DNA of 63,711 bases, from NCBI GenBank assembly GCA_023137195.1, contig JAGLPV010000005.1, forward strand, positions 1 through 63,711, read 5' to 3'. The stretch comes from Candidatus Aenigmatarchaeota archaeon. Lineage in GTDB: Archaea; EX4484-52. The stretch's first letter is position 1, and every line of letters begins with the position of its first letter. Positions 29,334 to 39,475 of this stretch are shown here, in pieces. The notes beneath the pieces were generated by a model. The model saw only the letters and a program-made list of their open reading frames with translations, was not told the DNA's origin and did no database searches. The translations under genes and the position numbers were made by a program.

Positions 29334-29963
29334 ATGGATAAAATAGATTTAATCGAAAAAATAAAAGAAACAAAAAGCACCCCAATTGCACAAAAAATAA
29401 AAGAAAGAACAAATGCATTCGATAATCTTAACCAACAATCCAATGACAAATGGTTTTCCGAGCTGTGTTTTTGCATTTTAACCGCCAATTTCAACGCAAA
29501 AGGCGCCATCAAAATACAGGAAAACTTATTCTTCAACTTTGCAGTACTGCCCCAAAACGAACTGGAAAAACAATTAAGACAATTCGGGCACAGATTCCCG
29601 AACAAAAGAGCAGAATTCATCTTTGAAGCGCAAAAATACTCCCATAATATTAAGACAATAATTACGTTCCTTAATGAGCAGGATGCACGTACGTGGCTTG
29701 TAAAAAACATAAAGGGAATTGGAATGAAAGAAGCAAGCCATTTCCTGAGAAATGTCGGCTATTGCAACAGCGCAATAATAGATTTTCACATCATTGATAT
29801 ATTGATAAAACACAATATAATCCAAAGACCAAAGACGCTCAACCAAAAAACATATGAAAAAATCGAGGAAGAATTAAGGAAAATAGCTTCTGAATGTGAT
29901 TTAAACCTCTCTCAACTGGATTTGTATCTGTGGTATCTGGAAACAGAAACCGTCCTGAAGTAA
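29334..29963 (+). CDS. ogg: 8-oxoguanine DNA glycosylase/AP lyase (archaeal OGG2 type)
   Basis: ELCFCILTAN, HRFPN.RA, KGIGMKEASHFLRNVG, AIIDFH. Confidence 0.93.
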   Translation: MDKIDLIEKIKETKSTPIAQKIKERTNAFDNLNQQSNDKWFSELCFCILTANFNAKGAIKIQENLFFNFAVLPQNELEKQLRQFGHRFPNKRAEFIFEAQKYSHNIKTIITFLNEQDARTWLVKNIKGIGMKEASHFLRNVGYCNSAIIDFHIIDILIKHNIIQRPKTLNQKTYEKIEEELRKIASECDLNLSQLDLYLWYLETETVLK

Positions 29964-30051
29964 AAATCTCTCACAATATTGCCAGTTTTATCTCATCATT
30001 TTGCCAATTGTTTAAATTATTGTTTACTACTTTTTAGTAAATAATATTAAC

Positions 30052-30085
30052 TCTCACAAAACCATATGTTTTTTTAGTTACTACT
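30052..30085 (+). repeat. 34-bp inverted repeat, left copy
   Basis: TCTCACAAAACCATATGTTTTTTTAGTTACTACT; 29/34 identical to the reverse complement of 32026-32059. Confidence 0.75.
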
Positions 30086-30169
30086 TTTCAGTAAATAAAA
30101 TAAAACTCACAAAAATAGAAAATTTTATCAAATAGATATCTTTTTATATAGTAAAGTCCATATATCCGT

Positions 30170-30442
30170 ATGTGGTCTATGTTTGAGGCAGACGAGGATA
30201 AAAACATCAAATCCCGGAAGAAAAAAGAAAAAAAGATGAAACTGGAAATTCTTTTATTGATTGTATTGCTTATAGGCATAGCATACCTGGCAATAAACAT
30301 GGTAGAACCCAATAAAACCAAGAGCATAACAACGAGCATATTGATTGTTTTTTTCTTTGTACTATTCTTAATTGAAAGCCATTACTTTCATGTGCATTCA
30401 AAACACACAAAACACCTCACCAAAAAAGATAAATTTGATTAA
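30170..30442 (+). CDS. Small hypothetical membrane protein
   Basis: Two TM segments and a His-rich tail; the start may be ATG 30236. Confidence 0.45.
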   Translation: MWSMFEADEDKNIKSRKKKEKKMKLEILLLIVLLIGIAYLAINMVEPNKTKSITTSILIVFFFVLFLIESHYFHVHSKHTKHLTKKDKFD

Positions 30443-30504
30443 ATTGTAATGTTCTTTTTTACTACTAAAAAATAGAAAAAATAAGTCTCACAAAAGTAGG
30501 AAAA

Positions 30505-31014
30505 TTATTTTTCAAATAATGGTATTTTTTCAACTATTTCTACTAAAACATCCTTAAAATCGGCTTTTTCAGGCAATTTTACCGCAAAATCTGCATATTT
30601 TTCATAAAGTGCGCTTCTTTCTTCAAAAAGAACCCTTATACTATTGTCTTTAAACCCCACAATACCCCTTACAGAAGCATTTTCAAGCCTCTTTTCAATA
30701 TTCTCAAATAAATCATCCAAATAAACAACAACTGATTTTTCTTTCAGGAAATCCATTGCCTTTTCCGAATACACCACACTCCCCCCGGTAGAAAATATAG
30801 AGTCCTCTGTGTGATTTAATCCCAGGATTATTTCTTCCTCAATTTTTATAAAATGTTCATCTCCCTTGTCGTCTACTATCTGTTGTAACTTTAACTGAGT
30901 TTTGTCCTCAATCAATCGATCTGTATCTATAAACAAATAATCCAGATGATCTGCTAATTTTTTTCCTATATAAGATTTACCAACACCAGCCATTCCAATT
31001 AATGTTATATTCAT
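30505..31014 (-). CDS. aroK: Shikimate kinase, bacterial P-loop (AroK) type
   Basis: GMAGVGKS, DTD..IE, STGGSVV, R..LYEKYAD. Confidence 0.92.
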   Translation of the reverse strand: MNITLIGMAGVGKSYIGKKLADHLDYLFIDTDRLIEDKTQLKLQQIVDDKGDEHFIKIEEEIILGLNHTEDSIFSTGGSVVYSEKAMDFLKEKSVVVYLDDLFENIEKRLENASVRGIVGFKDNSIRVLFEERSALYEKYADFAVKLPEKADFKDVLVEIVEKIPLFEK

Positions 31015-31120
31015 GCAATTATGAGATAAAATACTTTAAATATCTTCTATTTTTGCTCCATTGCGTATAATATACATTATACGCAAAACTTTATATAGTT
31101 TTAGTGCCTATTTAAGCCCT

Positions 31121-31969
31121 ATGGGTGGGGTACAGAGAGTAAATAGACCAAAAAACGAGCTTTTGGCAAAAATGCTCACTGAAATGAAACTCAGGGGCTT
31201 TACCGGCGAGACTTACAAGACATATCTTTTCAACACACAAAAATTTATTCTATGGTATAAAAAAGATCCAAAAACAGCAGAACTCGATGACATAAAAGAA
31301 TATCTTGCAGAATTAATTGATGATGGAAAATCATTCAAATCAATTGCTCTCATAAAGTCGGCAATTTTATTTTTGTACAATGAAGTCCTGGGAAAAGCAT
31401 ACAAAATAAAGACACCAAAAACAACAAAGTCTATTCCTGTAGTCCTGACCAAAACAGAAATAAAAAAAATCCTTGACTTTGAGAGCAACCACAGGAACAA
31501 AACAATAATCTGCTTTTTTTATTCTACAGGAATCCGTCTAAGCGAATTAATAAACATGAAATGGGACGATCTGGACATGAATGACAAAATTGCATGGGTT
31601 AGAGAAGGAAAAGGGAAAAAACACAGGATGATAATATTATCAGAAATATTAATTTCATACCTAAGAACCAGTTTAAGGGATAACAGAACACCAAAAGGAT
31701 ATGTCTTCAACGGAAAAACAAAAGATACAATCGCCCCCAGAACAGTGGAGTATATCATCACCAACGCAGCATTAAGGGCAGGAATCAGGAAAAGAGTGCA
31801 TGTACACACCATGAGGCACTCTTTTGCCACTCACTTGCTCGAAAACGGCACAGACATACGTAAAATACAGGAGCTTTTAGGGCATTCTAACCTTGCAACG
31901 ACCCAGATATACACAAGTGTCTCTAAATCCCAGTTAAAGGCAATTTCCAGTCCTATGGACGCATTATAG
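31121..31969 (+). CDS. Tyrosine recombinase, XerA/XerC-like
   Basis: SAM-like N-domain; catalytic set TGIR.SE, GKG.K, HT.RHSFATH, LGH, TTQIY; start uncertain (31061/31121/31172). Confidence 0.93.
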   Translation: MGGVQRVNRPKNELLAKMLTEMKLRGFTGETYKTYLFNTQKFILWYKKDPKTAELDDIKEYLAELIDDGKSFKSIALIKSAILFLYNEVLGKAYKIKTPKTTKSIPVVLTKTEIKKILDFESNHRNKTIICFFYSTGIRLSELINMKWDDLDMNDKIAWVREGKGKKHRMIILSEILISYLRTSLRDNRTPKGYVFNGKTKDTIAPRTVEYIITNAALRAGIRKRVHVHTMRHSFATHLLENGTDIRKIQELLGHSNLATTQIYTSVSKSQLKAISSPMDAL

Positions 31970-32025
31970 CCAAAAAAACAAGCAAAAAAACAGCAATTTG
32001 TGAGACATTTAATTATTCACTTTTT

Positions 32026-32059
32026 AGTAGTAACAAAAAAAACAGTATGTTTTGTGAGA
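32026..32059 (-). repeat. 34-bp inverted repeat, right copy
   Basis: Reverse complement TCTCACAAAACATACTGTTTTTTTTGTTACTACT. Confidence 0.75.
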
Positions 32060-32122
32060 TTTACAACTAAAAAGTAAAAAATAAGTATTTAATATTTATT
32101 GTCTATTTTTGAGTGTGATAAT

Positions 32123-33475
32123 ATGAGAGATTCTATAGGGACTCCACTTTCTTCAAACGCCTTAAAAATAATGCTCCTTGGTTGTGGAGAGATAGGAAAA
32201 GAAATAATAATAGAAGCACAGAAATTCGGCATCGAGACCATAGGTGTTGACAGGTACGCCAACGCACCAGGTCATCAGGTAGCGCATAAATCCTATGTTG
32301 TAGACATGAAAGACGCAGGCGCCCTGCGTTCGATTATAAATAAGGAAAAACCGGATGTAATAATACCTGAAATTGAAGCAATAAACTTAGACGTTCTGGC
32401 AGAATTTGAAAAAGAAGGATTCCTTGTAATCCCTAATGCAAAAGCAACCTGGACAGCAATGGAGCGAGAAAGGATAAGAGAATTAATTATAAAAGCAGGC
32501 GTCCCAACATCAAAATACGCCTATGCAAATACAGACAACATGCAGGAAGTAAAAAAAGCCGTCCAAAAGACAGGATTCCCCTGCTGGATTAAAGCAATCA
32601 TGAGTTCAAGCGGACAGGGATCTTCATTTGTAAAAAATTCCGATGATGTTGACAGAGCCATAATAGATGCAAAACAAAATGCAAGGGGTTCTGGAGAAAA
32701 AGTTATAATTGAAGAGCATGTCCCTTTTGATATAGAAATAACAGAACTAACCGTCAGGCATTTATCTAACTCCGGCAAAACACTGACCAGCTTTTGCAGA
32801 CCTGTCGGTCACTACCAGATAGACGGCGATTATCATTCCAGCTGGCAGCCATGGGTTGAACCCAACACAGTCGTAAATGGAAAAAAGATTACAGCCGAAC
32901 TCATTGAACTGGCAGAAAAAAGAATATACAAAGCCGCCGGGAAAATCACAGATGCTCTTGGCGGTCTTGGACTATTCGGTTGCGAGTTGTTTGTTGTTTT
33001 TGATGTAGAAAATAATGATGTAAAGGTTTACGGGAATGAATGTTCTCCAAGACCGCATGATACAGGTATGGTAACATTCATAACCCACCTGCAAGGTCTC
33101 TCACAAGCGGGCTTGCATGTCAGAGCCACATGCGGACTACCTGTCCCCACCAGAGAATGGAAGGGCTTTCGTGTAATAGACAACATAGTTTCAGGAGCAT
33201 CTCATGTCATCCTTTCCCCCACTGTCGGATGGGATACAACATTTAAGAATATCTCAAAAGCACTGGAAAAACCAGGCACATCTGTGAGACTTTTCGGCAA
33301 ACCGATTGCGCATGTTGAGAGAAGAATGGGTGTTGCGCTGGTAATTGCAGATACTGTTGAGGAAGCAAAAATAAAAGCAGAGAAAGTAGCGCATATTGTA
33401 GAGATGAAGACATTGGAAAAACCGGAATGGAAAAAGCAGGATATATTTGAGAAGCATTTGGTGTACAAAGGTTGA
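32123..33475 (+). CDS. purT: Formate-dependent GAR transformylase
   Basis: LLG.GE.GKE, DRY.NAP.HQVA, PEIEAI, MSSSG.G, FGCELF, SPRPHDTG.VT, RRMGVA. Confidence 0.96.
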   Translation: MRDSIGTPLSSNALKIMLLGCGEIGKEIIIEAQKFGIETIGVDRYANAPGHQVAHKSYVVDMKDAGALRSIINKEKPDVIIPEIEAINLDVLAEFEKEGFLVIPNAKATWTAMERERIRELIIKAGVPTSKYAYANTDNMQEVKKAVQKTGFPCWIKAIMSSSGQGSSFVKNSDDVDRAIIDAKQNARGSGEKVIIEEHVPFDIEITELTVRHLSNSGKTLTSFCRPVGHYQIDGDYHSSWQPWVEPNTVVNGKKITAELIELAEKRIYKAAGKITDALGGLGLFGCELFVVFDVENNDVKVYGNECSPRPHDTGMVTFITHLQGLSQAGLHVRATCGLPVPTREWKGFRVIDNIVSGASHVILSPTVGWDTTFKNISKALEKPGTSVRLFGKPIAHVERRMGVALVIADTVEEAKIKAEKVAHIVEMKTLEKPEWKKQDIFEKHLVYKG

Positions 33476-33563
33476 GTAATGTATTGAGTAGGTATAATAT
33501 GCCATATTAGCATGGTATCATTACTTTAGTCATGATACCATTATGCGTAGTTCAATATTACTC
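33474..33563. repeat. Nested palindrome overlapping the purT stop codon
   Basis: GAGTAAT..ATTGA pairs with TCAATATTACTC; inner perfect stem ATGGTATCAT/ATGATACCAT; side hairpin ATGC/GCAT. Confidence 0.7.
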
Positions 33564-33613
33564 GAATTTTCAGTAATATTTATCTCTTATTTTTGTTGAA
33601 AATCCTGCGTCAT

Positions 33614-33940
33614 ACTCTTCGGAATTTTTGCTTCGCAAAACCGCTTGCATCTATTCCTTGTCCTCACTACCGTTCGGAGAACCACACAACGAATATACAG
33701 CAAAATTTCCTGCTGAAATTTTTCCCAAATTTTCCTGATGGAAAACTTCGCATATTCGCATATTTTATACGCAATTGAGTTCTCGCTAAAAAACGGGAAG
33801 GGGGCGTGTCCTTCGGACATATTGTCTCGGCTTCGCCTCGGAGAAAAACTTCTCTTAACCGACCAACGGGGACGGGAAAATGCTTCGCACTTTCTATAAC
33901 AAAGGTTAAGAGGTTCGCTTCGCTCTCCCAAATTTTTCTA
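33614..33940 (+). repeat. TTCG-hairpin cluster with a degenerate attC-like site (33684-33770); left boundary of the defence island
   Basis: 33614-33690 is a direct repeat of 40490-40566; C-TTCG-G/C loops at several positions; CTCTTAACC/GGTTAAGAG stem. Confidence 0.65.
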
Positions 33941-34022
33941 TATTATATGAAGTCTTTTATGAAGGTATATTCCCTTTTACTTTGCAAAATATATTCATCG
34001 TAGAAAGAGCACACAATAGACT

Positions 34023-37000
34023 TTATATTTTATTCAAATAATCTCCTAATTCATCGATAAGAATAAAATCAACTTCATTTTTTACATAATGAAAAGAAGG
34101 AATATGGGTATTTACCACGAATCCTTTTTTTGTAATCCAGTTTTCCTTATCCTCAATCTTAAAATGATTCAAAATACTTTCTTTATACTTTTCAACAAAT
34201 GATAATTTTTTGTCTAATTTAGATAAATAAGATTTCTTACTTAGAAAAAATTTTTTGAATTCCTTAAAATTCCCATGTGGTTTTAGGTCTTTAATAGTAT
34301 GTTTAGCATCCAAAACAAAAATAATTTTTTTTGGTTTATTGATTGCTAAAATATCAATCTCCCCTCCTTCATTATCAAGATTCCCTGATTTGTTAATTCC
34401 GATTGTTTTATATTTATTTAGATTCGGGATTACTCTTTCTTCACCTAAAATTTCTTTAGATTTTTCTATTGCTTTATTTTCTAAAAAATTGTCTATCTTG
34501 CCATAATATTTTTTTAATGTATTTTCAATTTCAGAATTATCATCATTATATGGAAGGATCCCATTTGAGATTTTAGTTGTCCAGAACAATGCAGATTTAA
34601 TACAAAGTTCATTGCCAAATAAAATTTTATTATCAATTAACACCAAAGGACATAAAGTTGTTCGTTTTAGGTGATTAGATAATGTCAAAGGCATTAAGTT
34701 TATATCCTTTAAATCATCATAAGATAACGATAAAAAATTTATTAATTTATCTGTTTTCTCAGTAGTTAGTTCTTTATCCTTATCATAAACATATTTTACA
34801 AAGTCATCAGAATTAATTAAAGTCATAGGAAAATATTTATTTGGAATATTGGAATTTCCTAAAATCATTAAAAAATTTAAGATATCATCAAATGAAAATC
34901 CTAACAATTTAAAAAATGCTTCATTTATTGAATCAATATTACTTTCAAAAATATTTTTTAAATTAAATTCATCACTTGAATCACTTATTCTTCTCTCTGA
35001 TTCATTTTCTAAAAAAGATTGTATACGGAAAGAACAATCTCCCTTAATATCCTTTAACTCAAATAAATCTGTAATTTCTATCTTATTTTCCTGAATGTTA
35101 TGTTTAATATAATCAATAATCAAACTGCTGTCTTGATGAACAACAATTAAAGCAACTAAATAAGTCCAATCAGTCAAGGTCAATCTTTTTTCCCCTTTTG
35201 GATTTAATTTCAAGAAATGCGATAAAATTAACTTTGATGACATGGAAACAGTACCAATCTCATTTGTTTTTTTCATATCCTGTTCTTTTAAATCATATTC
35301 AATATATTTTTTAGAATCTATTTTTAATCTTAAATTATGCCTTGTTCTTTCACCCTCGCACAATTCTATTTGATTATAAATAAAAAAGATATTTTCAAAA
35401 CTCAAATTAGAAATATATTCTTCAATTCTACTTTTCAAGTAATCAAAGATTTTACCATTTATTTTATTAGCATCTTCATTTTCATAAATCCCCGGCTTTA
35501 TTTCTTCTTTCTTAATAAATTGTGTCAACTCTCTATTAACTCTCATTATATCCGATTTTATATCTTTTATTGAATAAGAATAATCGTTTAATTTTTTATT
35601 AATTACTGGTATACTATTATAAGAAAACCCCTTTTTAGAAAAAGGAATAAATTTATCAATTAATGAAATAATAGTATTATTTGAATTAGGAATATTAAAA
35701 TAATGAAATAAATTATCCAAATATAATTTTATAATCACCCTTTCACCTTCATTGTTATCGGAAGTAAATAATTTAGGAAAGTAATTAAAATCATAAATAA
35801 TACAAGTTTTTAGAACATTTCCGGATATAATTCCAGTTTTTAAAAAAATAGGGTTATTTTCATCAATTTTATCCAAATAGTCTTTTAAGAATCTAAATTT
35901 TTGATTTTTTTTAATTAATTCCACAGGGTATAATGATATAATATATTTATCATTACAATAATTTTGAGTTATAACCTCTTTTATTTCTTTACTCATTTTT
36001 TCTAAATTAGTATAAATCAAAGGACCTAAAAAATTAGAAAATGACTCGATAGACTCTGAAGAAAGATTCTTAATTTCAGAAGGATACTGAATAATTATAT
36101 CATCAAAAAACGAATTCTCAATTAGAGCCCCCCCGCTATAAGAAAATGTATCTATAAATTCATATATATTTTTGGAAACTTTTTTTATTTTATTAAAATT
36201 TTTCCCATATAACAATTCTATTTTTGCTTTCCTATTGGTAACATAGGTTTCATAAAGTTTATCATAGTAATAATCTAACCATTCATGAGGAGGAATTATA
36301 AGGGAATTTATTTGATCACTCGAAATTGGATAAGATAGATTATTTTTCAAATAATAAGGGATTCTATCTAAAAAATCAGCCGTGTGAATTTTATCTCTTA
36401 ACTCAGTATCATCCCTCACAAATCTAAATAAATCTAAGCTGGATTTAAATGTGTCTAACAATGCAAGATAATCAGAAAAAGAAATAATTAAATTATTTCC
36501 CTTGATATCCGGGATTGATGCATAATATTCACCAAGAGTATTTTCATGGACTATTATTTTGATAATTTCTAAGTCTAATTCTTTTAAGGGAATCAAACCT
36601 TTATTAATCAACAAAAATTCACCATGTTCATTAATGTCTCTCTCTAATAGTTCTAAAGAATTTGTTGCATTCTTTATCTCACTACTTAAATCTCTATCTT
36701 TAAGCACATTTGTAGTTTTAATCAAAAAAAGTTTATTGTAATCCACACAAGCACAAAAATCAATATTTCTCAGTAAAGGCTTTTTTTCATTATCTAATAT
36801 ATTAATTTCAAACTCAGATTTTGAGAAAAATTCTGGTGATTTAAATAATAATTGTTTCTTAAAAATTTTGGTTATTTCAACTAAATCCTTATGGGTTATC
36901 GTTTTATTTATTAATTCATAAAACGAAGTTAAGTGTTCCTGTGGGAATATCCAATAATATTTTTCATTTAATTTTATTTTTGCTTTTGTATGTAATTTAG

Positions 37001-37622
37001 ATTCAACTATCTGGTTCTTAACTTCCTCAATATTTTCATTAAAATCATCAATCGATAAGAAAACATCATCCTCTTCTGTAATAAATAATTGTTTTATATC
37101 ATCAAAAAAGTCATTGGATGGGATATATATGTAATCTTTTTCTTTTTTAGATTCTTCTTTTGCTGATATTTTTTTTATGAGTTTAGTTTGTAATGATAAT
37201 GAATCCATGAATTTAGAGTTTATTTGTTTAAGTTCCTCTTTCAAACTACTTTCTAAAAAATATTTAATGTATTTCTGATATTGTTCATAGCTATTCTCAA
37301 ATGGTCCTGCAAAAAAATAATATTCCTTTTTGTCAATAATTAAAGGAATTGACTTAAAAATAGGATAAGGACTCCAATCTTCTAACATTATAAAGTCTTT
37401 TTCATATTTTTGATTAAATATATTAATTATCTCTTGAAAAGAATCTCTGGAAATAGTTTTATTCTTGAAAGTATCAGATTTAATTGATAAAATAATAGTA
37501 CATAATAATTCAAATCTATACTGATATAACTGATTATTTGGATGGATTGATACTACTTGAGTCCACAAAAATAATTCATCTTGGTCATATTCTTTTAATT
37601 TTAAAATTAAATCATTTTTCAT
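34023..37622 (-). CDS. 1199-aa hypothetical protein with a C-terminal PD-(D/E)xK-like nuclease motif
   Basis: Uninterrupted, extremely AT-rich ORF; GEIDILAINKPKKIIFVLDAKH. Confidence 0.7.
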   Translation of the reverse strand: MKNDLILKLKEYDQDELFLWTQVVSIHPNNQLYQYRFELLCTIILSIKSDTFKNKTISRDSFQEIINIFNQKYEKDFIMLEDWSPYPIFKSIPLIIDKKEYYFFAGPFENSYEQYQKYIKYFLESSLKEELKQINSKFMDSLSLQTKLIKKISAKEESKKEKDYIYIPSNDFFDDIKQLFITEEDDVFLSIDDFNENIEEVKNQIVESKLHTKAKIKLNEKYYWIFPQEHLTSFYELINKTITHKDLVEITKIFKKQLLFKSPEFFSKSEFEINILDNEKKPLLRNIDFCACVDYNKLFLIKTTNVLKDRDLSSEIKNATNSLELLERDINEHGEFLLINKGLIPLKELDLEIIKIIVHENTLGEYYASIPDIKGNNLIISFSDYLALLDTFKSSLDLFRFVRDDTELRDKIHTADFLDRIPYYLKNNLSYPISSDQINSLIIPPHEWLDYYYDKLYETYVTNRKAKIELLYGKNFNKIKKVSKNIYEFIDTFSYSGGALIENSFFDDIIIQYPSEIKNLSSESIESFSNFLGPLIYTNLEKMSKEIKEVITQNYCNDKYIISLYPVELIKKNQKFRFLKDYLDKIDENNPIFLKTGIISGNVLKTCIIYDFNYFPKLFTSDNNEGERVIIKLYLDNLFHYFNIPNSNNTIISLIDKFIPFSKKGFSYNSIPVINKKLNDYSYSIKDIKSDIMRVNRELTQFIKKEEIKPGIYENEDANKINGKIFDYLKSRIEEYISNLSFENIFFIYNQIELCEGERTRHNLRLKIDSKKYIEYDLKEQDMKKTNEIGTVSMSSKLILSHFLKLNPKGEKRLTLTDWTYLVALIVVHQDSSLIIDYIKHNIQENKIEITDLFELKDIKGDCSFRIQSFLENESERRISDSSDEFNLKNIFESNIDSINEAFFKLLGFSFDDILNFLMILGNSNIPNKYFPMTLINSDDFVKYVYDKDKELTTEKTDKLINFLSLSYDDLKDINLMPLTLSNHLKRTTLCPLVLIDNKILFGNELCIKSALFWTTKISNGILPYNDDNSEIENTLKKYYGKIDNFLENKAIEKSKEILGEERVIPNLNKYKTIGINKSGNLDNEGGEIDILAINKPKKIIFVLDAKHTIKDLKPHGNFKEFKKFFLSKKSYLSKLDKKLSFVEKYKESILNHFKIEDKENWITKKGFVVNTHIPSFHYVKNEVDFILIDELGDYLNKI

Positions 37623-37818
37623 ATTAGCATACTTAGGATAAGGAGATTTTTATATATTTCCATAATAGACTTTAAATAACAAAATACCTTTTATTCTTTG
37701 TCCTAAGGCATCACAGAACTCTTTTAATAAATGAAACTGACTCTTAATCCTACAACCTATTGATCAGTTCACTCAAAACAACAAACTTTTTATTAACCAA
37801 CTCCAAACAAATAGATAT

Positions 37819-38604
37819 ATGGTCAAACCCTACTTCAACTCAGAAAATATACAGTTATTCCATGATGATTGTTTAAATGTTCTTAATTCACTACCTGCAA
37901 ATTCAGTTAATATGATTTTTGCAGATCCGCCTTATTTTCTCTCTAATGGCGGAATTTCCTGTAGAGCGGGAAAAATTGTTTCTGTAAATAAAGCAGATTG
38001 GGATAAATCACAAGGCACTGAAAAAGATTTTGAATTTACTCAAAATTGGATTAAAGCCTGTCGCAGGGTTCTAAAAGATAATGGCACTATTTGGATTTCC
38101 GGAACTATGCACAGTATTTATCAGGTTGGTTTTGCTTTGCAAAAACATAATTTCAAAATTCTAAATGAAATCAGCTGGTTTAAACCAAATGCACCGCCTA
38201 ATTTAACCTGCAAATATTTTGCCCATGCTCACGAAACGGTTTTATGGGCAAGAAAGCATCTAAAAATACCCCACCAATTCAATTATGAAGAAATGAAAAA
38301 CTGGAATGACAAATTAAGTCCAAACGGGAAACAAATGCGTAGTGTTTGGACTATTCCTTTAACGCCTCAATCTGAAAAAATCCATGGGAAACACCCGACT
38401 CAAAAACCAATAGAACTACTAAAAAGAATAATCTCTTCTTCAACAAAAGAAAATGCAGTTATTTTAGATCCATTTAACGGTTCCGGCACAACGGGCGTAG
38501 TCGCCTCTATGTTAAACAGAAAATATATAGGCATTGATAAAGAAGAAGATTTTTTGAAACTCACCTTAAAAAGACTGAATTTATTGAATAAAACGAATAC
38601 TTAA
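37819..38604 (+). CDS. Beta-class N6-adenine DNA methyltransferase (DpnA-like)
   Basis: FADPPY before LDPFNGSGTTG; HPTQKP. Confidence 0.93.
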   Translation: MVKPYFNSENIQLFHDDCLNVLNSLPANSVNMIFADPPYFLSNGGISCRAGKIVSVNKADWDKSQGTEKDFEFTQNWIKACRRVLKDNGTIWISGTMHSIYQVGFALQKHNFKILNEISWFKPNAPPNLTCKYFAHAHETVLWARKHLKIPHQFNYEEMKNWNDKLSPNGKQMRSVWTIPLTPQSEKIHGKHPTQKPIELLKRIISSSTKENAVILDPFNGSGTTGVVASMLNRKYIGIDKEEDFLKLTLKRLNLLNKTNT

Positions 38605-38629
38605 ATAGTACTAAGTGTTATATTATTAT

Positions 38630-39475
38630 ATGTGTGTCCAGATACCGAAATTCGTAAAATGGGCTGGTGGAAAAACCCAACTCATTGAGCAATTTATCCC
38701 ATTATTCCCAAAAAAATTTAATTGTTATTTGGAACCATTTGTCGGAAGCGGAGCAGTTTTTTTTCATCTAATCCAAAATTTCAAACCAAAAAAGATTATT
38801 CTTTCTGATATTAATGAAGAATTAATCAACGCATACCTGATAATTCGTGATGATGTTGAAAGATTAATCGTTGAATTAAAACAACATAAAGAATATCACC
38901 AATCAGAAGGCAAAAAATATTATTTGACAATTCGTGCAACTAATCCAAATGATTTGCCTCCTTTAGAAAGAGCCGCAAGATTTATTTATCTAAACAAAAC
39001 CTGTTTTAATGGTCTTTATAGAGTAAATTCAAAAGGTAAATTTAATGTGCCTATGGGTTCTTACAAAAACCCCGATATTATTCAGGAAGAGAAATTAAAA
39101 TTAATTTCTAAATTACTTCAAAATGTAATTATCAAAGTAATGTCTTTTGAAAAAATTATCAATTTAGCAAAAAAAGGAGATTTTGTTTATTTAGATCCGC
39201 CTTATTATCCGTTGCAAAAAGGGAAAAGTTTTACAACATATAGTAAAAACAATTTCTTGGAAAAAGAACAAGAACTTTTAACAAAAGTCTTTGAAACTTT
39301 AGATAAAAAAGGTTGTTATGTTATGGAAAGCAACAGCGAAACAAAATTTATCAAAAACCTTTATACCAACTTTAAAATTCACATGGTTACAGCAAGACGG
39401 ATGATTAACTGTGATGGTTCTAAACGAGGAGCCATAAACGAATATGTTATAACTAATTATGAGGTGCTAAAATGA
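38630..39475 (+). CDS. Dam-family (DpnM-like, alpha-class) DNA adenine methyltransferase
   Basis: KWAGGK, EPFVGSGAV, FNGLYRVN..G.FNVP.G, YLDPPY. Confidence 0.95.
   Translation: MCVQIPKFVKWAGGKTQLIEQFIPLFPKKFNCYLEPFVGSGAVFFHLIQNFKPKKIILSDINEELINAYLIIRDDVERLIVELKQHKEYHQSEGKKYYLTIRATNPNDLPPLERAARFIYLNKTCFNGLYRVNSKGKFNVPMGSYKNPDIIQEEKLKLISKLLQNVIIKVMSFEKIINLAKKGDFVYLDPPYYPLQKGKSFTTYSKNNFLEKEQELLTKVFETLDKKGCYVMESNSETKFIKNLYTNFKIHMVTARRMINCDGSKRGAINEYVITNYEVLK

Noticed and set aside
31121-31969. Integron integrase for the attC-like sites
   Set aside because: It lacks the IntI-specific insertion between YVF and the HxLRH box, and purT separates it from the sites; Xer-like is the better fit.
33587-34003. 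ORFs at 33587-33931, 33593-33778, 33806-34003 and 40321-40572
   Set aside because: Arg/Ser/Phe-rich translations of hairpin repeats with no protein motifs.
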